Shown here piece by piece: positions 58,766 through 64,000 of a stretch of 64,000 bases of DNA (positions are counted from its first letter, which is position 1; each line of letters opens with the position of its first letter). The DNA is from a virus. The position numbers were made by a program, and so were the translations under genes. The notes beneath the pieces are model-generated. The model ran no database searches, had not been told where the DNA came from, and was given only the letters and a program-made list of their open reading frames with translations. Location of the stretch: the IMG/VR virus record IMGVR_UViG_3300048029_000266, positions 3,432 to 67,431 of that record; one strand, written 5' to 3'.

Positions 58766-58998
58766 GAGCCCAAAAACATTTTAGCTAAAGCAGCTGCTAC
58801 TATACCATACAAAACCCATATAGCTTTTACTAGTACTTTTCTAGCAGACGTATTTTTATTTACTCTTGCGGTTACACCATTGTCTGGATTTAATAAATGC
58901 TCAGTAAGCATATCTAATTTTTGATCCATCTTATCTAGCTTTTTATCTATTTCATCCATGCGCATTTGCATTACTGCTATTTCTTTATCAGTAGCCAT
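58762..58998 (-). CDS. Coiled coil plus C-terminal TM protein (XhlA/holin-like)
   Basis: LLNPDNGV..RV then a TM helix. Confidence 0.6.
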   Translation of the reverse strand: MATDKEIAVMQMRMDEIDKKLDKMDQKLDMLTEHLLNPDNGVTARVNKNTSARKVLVKAIWVLYGIVAAALAKMFLGS

Positions 58999-59699
58999 TA
59001 TATTCTACTTATTAAAAAGTCTTCAATGTCAGATATATCGCTACTAGATAAATCGCCATTGTATATTAATAATTCATTTATGTAACCATTGTATTGTACA
59101 CCGCTGTAAGTACCACTTCCTATTTGATTAACATCAAAAATACTTGATATTAAAGAGTTTCTAGTACCAACTTGTGTTTTATTAAACCTTACAGTTATAG
59201 TTCCTGTACCATCCCTAACAACAGTCATTACAAATTCTCCACTTGGATAAGATTGTGATAATGCATTAATATCGTAATTAACGCCATTAAATCTAAAACT
59301 AATTCTAGTTGGACTAGATCCTCTATATACTTTTATTAAGTCATTTAAAGCCCTACCAATTACACCGTCATTAGACAATGTTTGTGACTCATCAGGATCT
59401 ATTACTAAAAACATAGTAAATTTTTGCAAATTTATTGTAGTCATTTGCAATATGTGAGTGCCGTCAAAATATACTTTGTTTCCAATTTTTTGTGGCTGTG
59501 TGCTTGATGACGGAGAAAACAAATCGTAAGAAGCAGACAGTGAGCTATGATTTGGCCAACTTCTTACATCAGAACCAGATACAAATTGATTATCTCTTTC
59601 GTGCCATGTAAGTAATCCAGACACAGTTAATGGGTCAATGTATACTATGTCTTCAAAAACATAGTCAGGAGTCAATAATGTATTCATAACACCCATCAT
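58998..59699 (-). CDS. Concanavalin A/LamG-like domain protein (start revised)
   Basis: FTMFLV...YNGYINELLIYNGDLS...IEDFL. Confidence 0.65.
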   Translation of the reverse strand: MMGVMNTLLTPDYVFEDIVYIDPLTVSGLLTWHERDNQFVSGSDVRSWPNHSSLSASYDLFSPSSSTQPQKIGNKVYFDGTHILQMTTINLQKFTMFLVIDPDESQTLSNDGVIGRALNDLIKVYRGSSPTRISFRFNGVNYDINALSQSYPSGEFVMTVVRDGTGTITVRFNKTQVGTRNSLISSIFDVNQIGSGTYSGVQYNGYINELLIYNGDLSSSDISDIEDFLISRI

Positions 59700-60067
59700 A
59701 CCATTAACTTTGATCCTTGTGGAGCTATGTAACATACACACGATCCTGTTGCTACTCTAACATAATCCCATTTACCGTAAATAGTAACACCTTTAGGAAA
59801 TACATATGATGGTGTTATTTGATTTGCTGGTACTGCTGTACCAAACTCTGTGTCATGCGCTAACTCATCGCTTCTTGTAGATATAGAACCTATATTGCCG
59901 TCTAAATTGTGTAAGGCTGCAAATGTTGTATCTTCAAACATGGTTATAGAAATAACATATACTGTGCAATCGTTAGGTGTTGCATCATACACACCTGAAG
60001 ATGCAAGTAAATATGCAGATCCATATTGACCTAACGCTGCATTGTATAAGTCATTTGTATTAGCCAT
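59696..60067 (-). CDS. Structural protein (FPKGVTIYGKW family)
   Basis: LGQYGS...ITMFEDTTF...FPKGVTIYGKW. Confidence 0.6.
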   Translation of the reverse strand: MANTNDLYNAALGQYGSAYLLASSGVYDATPNDCTVYVISITMFEDTTFAALHNLDGNIGSISTRSDELAHDTEFGTAVPANQITPSYVFPKGVTIYGKWDYVRVATGSCVCYIAPQGSKLMV

Positions 60068-60432
60068 TAGAATTTATAATTTTTATATTCAAGACCCATA
60101 AATGAATGTACGCCATTACCTTCTAAATCTATTCTGTACTCTGACCAGCCATCAGGCTCAACATAAGATAAAACCTCTGCTTCTGCATCAACAGGCTCTA
60201 AACCTTTCCACAATACATCTACGTGGTATTTATCAGATAGTACAGGTGCTTTTGTTTGCTCACCACTTTCGTTGTACTCGCCTTGCTCTAAAACAATATA
60301 GCCAAGTCTAACTACACAATGATTGTGCGAAGGCACTACATCACCTAATTCTGTTGTTGTTGTTCCTAAAGCAGCTATCATATCATCTGCTTGTACTGAA
60401 CTATTAAATTCGTATTTTCCTATTTTATTCAT
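60067..60432 (-). CDS. Tail-fibre-associated (chaperone-like) protein
   Basis: GKYEF...LSDKYHVDVLW...GVHSFMG; directly after the fibre gene. Confidence 0.6.
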   Translation of the reverse strand: MNKIGKYEFNSSVQADDMIAALGTTTTELGDVVPSHNHCVVRLGYIVLEQGEYNESGEQTKAPVLSDKYHVDVLWKGLEPVDAEAEVLSYVEPDGWSEYRIDLEGNGVHSFMGLEYKNYKF

Positions 60433-60433
60433 T

Positions 60434-62362
60434 TTATAAACTTGTTAGTGTTACTAATTCACTATCGCTTAATGCTTCTTTATATACTCTTATGGCTTTG
60501 CATTTACCATGGAAAGGGTTAGTTCCACCCCAATCAAAAGATAAATTGTTAAGTCCACTAGGCATAGTGCCACTTGTATCAGTTGCTACTTCAACCCCAT
60601 TTATATACATTTTGCAGTCATCAGTTTTATAACTAAAAGCTACTTTCATAAATTCTGTAGGATTTGAAATTGTAACTGTTGGAGAAACAACAGCAGTCCC
60701 TCCATTTCTTACAACAAATTGAAATTGATTTGCTGTGGTTTTGTATCTTATTTCTACTGCATTATTGGTAGAACCATCGTCTAAATTTATTTCTCTCCAA
60801 GTTCCACTATTTGCCAAAGCAGCTATCTCTGCATATAACACTCCTTCAGAACTAAAGTCAGCAGCTTCGCCCGCGTCTTTGCAAGTTTCTGCATCTCTAG
60901 TTACTGTTGAGCCATTAGTAGGTATGTAAGAGGTTGCGTAGGATAGTTCTTCAACTTGTGCGCCCCATACATCATAAGAAGTTGCCGTTAAACCTGAGTG
61001 GTCATCTATTACTAAGTAAAAGATAGATACAGATGTTGAATTAAAAGTTCCTGATACATTATATCTTTGCCATTGATTGGTTAGGGTAATTACGTTTTGA
61101 AACGCTTGGTCAATTCCATTAGACATCTGAAACCTTAATGTTCCACTACCCTTTAAATAAACTGAAAAAGTTAAAGTTTTATTTGCCGTGTTGTATGTGA
61201 GCTGCTTTCTTAAATCATTTGTACCACTACCATTTAAACCCGTAATATTAGTGGCATTATTTTCGCCACTAGGACTAGTTATATTTGTTGCATTTATATT
61301 TGTATTGCCTAAAAAAGTCCACTCACTAAAATCCTCACTATAAGTAATAAGATTTGTACTCTGTGGTTCAAGCAATAAATGACCATCAGTATTATCTGTA
61401 AAGTCTATACGAGGTAAAGCTCCGTTATCTATTTTAAATATTGATACGTTGTCTATTGAGCCTGTAAAACCATAAGGTTTAAAATATAAATATCTGTTAC
61501 CATCTGATTCTATATAAATAGTATATGTGCCGTTAGAGTTAAATTGAGTTGAAGTTAAGCTACTCAATCCTACCGTAACATATCCTTGACTAACATTTTG
61601 CAACGTAAATGTAACTTTGTATAGTAAGCCTGTCGTAGATGCCACGGGATTACTTGTATGCAAATTATTATTTCCGTTGGTAGTTGACGCAGACCCACCT
61701 GATATAGTCCAATCGCCACTACCTGTATTCCAATCACTATCTGCGTCAAAACTACCATTAACAACTAAACTTTCTTTTAAAGATACATTACCTAAAACTA
61801 TAGATTCGTTGTCAGTTTGATACCATTGAAATTGAAATATTTTATTTGCATCAGTTCCTGAAGCAACTAAAATAGTATGTGTACCTACGCTTTTTTGTGT
61901 AATAATATGAGTGTTTCCAGCCATATATAAACTTAAAGTGTTGTTTTTAGAACTAATACTTTTTATTTCATAAGTCAACTCATACAACCTACTTGTTTTT
62001 AAAATTGAATATGAATGAGAAGCGTCTCTAGCTCTTGCTTTTGTTGTACCAGCTCCTTCTCCAGTCATTTTTAATCCTCCATTGTAAAACGCTACTTCAC
62101 CACTACCGCTATCACTCCAACCTGAGCCAGAGATTCCTAGTGGTATAGTAGTATCAAAATTAGGATTTATAAAAACCTCTGACTCTATATTACTAGACGT
62201 ATTTTTAATCAAACCATCACGACCAACATAAGTTGCATCGCTACCTCTAGTAACAGTAAACTCTGCATTCTTAAATCTACTATTGGTTTCTTTAGCAGCC
62301 AATAGATTACCATCTTTAACTGCCCAGTTACCTTCACCTAATTTTACTATACCTTTTCCCAT
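60434..62362 (-). CDS. Tail fibre / receptor-binding protein with carbohydrate-binding and LamG-like domains
   Basis: PRIDF...LLLEPQSTNLITYSE, WGAQVEELSYATSYIPT, EGVLYAEIAALA. Confidence 0.75.
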   Translation of the reverse strand: MGKGIVKLGEGNWAVKDGNLLAAKETNSRFKNAEFTVTRGSDATYVGRDGLIKNTSSNIESEVFINPNFDTTIPLGISGSGWSDSGSGEVAFYNGGLKMTGEGAGTTKARARDASHSYSILKTSRLYELTYEIKSISSKNNTLSLYMAGNTHIITQKSVGTHTILVASGTDANKIFQFQWYQTDNESIVLGNVSLKESLVVNGSFDADSDWNTGSGDWTISGGSASTTNGNNNLHTSNPVASTTGLLYKVTFTLQNVSQGYVTVGLSSLTSTQFNSNGTYTIYIESDGNRYLYFKPYGFTGSIDNVSIFKIDNGALPRIDFTDNTDGHLLLEPQSTNLITYSEDFSEWTFLGNTNINATNITSPSGENNATNITGLNGSGTNDLRKQLTYNTANKTLTFSVYLKGSGTLRFQMSNGIDQAFQNVITLTNQWQRYNVSGTFNSTSVSIFYLVIDDHSGLTATSYDVWGAQVEELSYATSYIPTNGSTVTRDAETCKDAGEAADFSSEGVLYAEIAALANSGTWREINLDDGSTNNAVEIRYKTTANQFQFVVRNGGTAVVSPTVTISNPTEFMKVAFSYKTDDCKMYINGVEVATDTSGTMPSGLNNLSFDWGGTNPFHGKCKAIRVYKEALSDSELVTLTSL

Positions 62363-62960
62363 TATATTATTGTATATCCGTTAGCTGATGCTAATTCGTT
62401 AAAAGAATTATAATTAGTTACACCTGTTAGTAATTCTAGTTCGTCATCTTCAAGAGCCTCATTAAATACTGCTAGTGCTTTGCAATCGCCATAAAATACA
62501 CTACCACCAGCACCACTATTAAACTGTAAACTATTCATACCACTAGGGATAGTTATGCTTGTTAATGTAGTACCTATTTGTGTGCCATCTACAAAAAACT
62601 TACAATTATTGTTTTCATATTTTAAAGCAACTTTGTGAAAATTACTTGCGTTAGTTGGTGTATATTGTGTTCCAACTAATGTAGATGTTCCTATATTTGC
62701 ATATATTTGATTACTATCATTGTAGCCTATAAAAACTCTGTTCGATGCTCCACCATCACTAATTCCTAAAACTCTAAAGCCATCTACATCATCAGCCAAA
62801 GCAGCTATCTCTGCATATAACACACCCTCTGTTGAGTTTATTAATGTACTATTACCACTACCTGTTAGTGTTTCTGCTGCTCTTGTAACACCTAATGCTG
62901 TTCCGTGATTTGGTATGTATGATGTAGCGTAGGATAGTTCTTCTAGTTGTGCGCCCCATA
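60813..62960. repeat. Direct-repeat blocks shared by the two fibre genes
   Basis: Identical 29-mer gccaaagcagctatctctgcatataacac at 60813-60841 and 62795-62823; near-identical block at 60936-60968 and 62927-62960. Confidence 0.85.
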
Positions 62961-64000
62961 TATATATACCACTCGTTCCATCTCCTTGATAATCTCCTTG
63001 ACTAAGAGATTCTAATGAGTTTATTCTACATATTTCATTACTTGATGCACTTGTTTTAGTAATTATATATCTATACCAACCATTTCCATAATTTATAGAA
63101 TCAGCAGTTATATCTGCACTAATGTTAGAAATATTACCATTATCTAAGTCAAACCTCGCACCACTTGAGCCAATCCTAGTCCAAGCGTATTGTCTTTCAT
63201 CTTTTTTAAGAAATACAGAAAAAGTAACAGTTGAAGCAGAACTTGTAGAAGTAAAGTCTATTCTATGTTGATTGTCTGCATTGTTTTCTACTAACTTACT
63301 TGCGTTGTTTTCTCCACTTGGAGAAGTAGTTGTATTAGTTGTAACACTTGAATTTTGTTCAGTCCAATTTTCAAATGTTTCACTATAAGTAACAAGATTA
63401 GTAGAAGTAGGCTCTAACAATATATGACCATTATCTCCATTACTATCATAGTTTATTCTAGCTAAATCTACATCTGTACTAAATGTAATGTCTTTTACTG
63501 ATACGTTGTCAATTTCTTGTAAATCGCTACTCCCCGCGTAAAACATAAGTGCGCCTCCACTATGGTCTGCCGAAGATATATAATATTCATATCCTAAGTT
63601 TTCACCTGTTGGCAATGTTGTAGATAACGCTGTACCTCCTACATATACGGTAATATTGTCAGCAGACTGTAAAATATCTAAAGTTAATTTGTAATCTTTG
63701 CTACCATCTAAGCTAAGACTTGACGTCATATTTCTATTTTTAGTAGCAGCACTTGTATCACATATCGCTTTACCATCAGCTATTCTCCACCCGTGAGTTC
63801 CACCAACATTACTAAAACTCCACCTATTATTATGGTCTACTTGTTTTAGAGATATATTAGTTATATCACCTGACCAACCTGCTGTTGAAACGAATTGAAA
63901 ATTATCAACAGTAGCATCATTAGTTATATATACGCTATGTGTTCCTTCTGTTCCACTAATAGAAACTAATGAACCCCCACCAAATTTATATTTTAATGTG
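62362..64000 (-). CDS. Paralogous tail fibre / receptor-binding protein, 5' end beyond the window
   Basis: Frame stays open from 63729 to the window end (TLKYKFGGGSLV...); ILLEPTSTNLVTYSE, WGAQLEELSYATSYIP, EGVLYAEIAALA. Confidence 0.75.
   Translation of the reverse strand, partial: TLKYKFGGGSLVSISGTEGTHSVYITNDATVDNFQFVSTAGWSGDITNISLKQVDHNNRWSFSNVGGTHGWRIADGKAICDTSAATKNRNMTSSLSLDGSKDYKLTLDILQSADNITVYVGGTALSTTLPTGENLGYEYYISSADHSGGALMFYAGSSDLQEIDNVSVKDITFSTDVDLARINYDSNGDNGHILLEPTSTNLVTYSETFENWTEQNSSVTTNTTTSPSGENNASKLVENNADNQHRIDFTSTSSASTVTFSVFLKKDERQYAWTRIGSSGARFDLDNGNISNISADITADSINYGNGWYRYIITKTSASSNEICRINSLESLSQGDYQGDGTSGIYIWGAQLEELSYATSYIPNHGTALGVTRAAETLTGSGNSTLINSTEGVLYAEIAALADDVDGFRVLGISDGGASNRVFIGYNDSNQIYANIGTSTLVGTQYTPTNASNFHKVALKYENNNCKFFVDGTQIGTTLTSITIPSGMNSLQFNSGAGGSVFYGDCKALAVFNEALEDDELELLTGVTNYNSFNELASANGYTII

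Noticed and set aside
1-64000. Stop-codon reassignment as in some gut crAss-like phages
   Set aside because: Genes tile densely under the standard code, TAG and TGA end normal-length genes, and no suppressor tRNA was seen
1-64000. CRISPR array, tRNA genes, integrase, DGR reverse transcriptase, intron or intein
   Set aside because: No regular repeat-spacer array, cloverleaf, recombinase or RT motif seen by eye; TerL, DnaB and MCP are of uninterrupted length

Overview
The whole window is part of an AT-rich, tailed dsDNA phage genome of the crAss-like (Crassvirales-type) plan, most likely infecting an environmental Bacteroidota/Flavobacteriia host (many TAnnTTTG promoter boxes, no Shine-Dalgarno sites). 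Minus strand 39.4 kb to 1: small virion genes, putative TerS, a fibre, TerL, portal, scaffold, major capsid, auxiliary capsid and ring proteins, muzzle, four cargo/ejection proteins, and a giant (>2950 aa) virion RNA polymerase. The ORF track misses this polymerase because it runs off the left edge. Plus strand 39.5-53 kb: small early genes and a compact replication module (DnaB, SSAP, SSB-like, RusA-like, DnaA-C-like, DUF1599, spore photoproduct lyase) with no DNA polymerase or primase. Minus strand 53-64 kb: metallophosphoesterase, DUF5675, decoration paralogues, small basic proteins, holin and LamG-like fibres. Most notable: (1) a perfect type III hammerhead ribozyme at the head of the early operon, next to a divergent promoter; (2) a virion RNAP with the eukaryotic RdRP-type GSDLDGD motif plus a zincin HExxH domain; (3) small basic proteins sharing a C-terminal G-x-R-x(1,2)-QHD tag; (4) a promoter-driven structured RNA complementary to start codons. 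All calls come from motif reading and synteny by eye; no searches were run.
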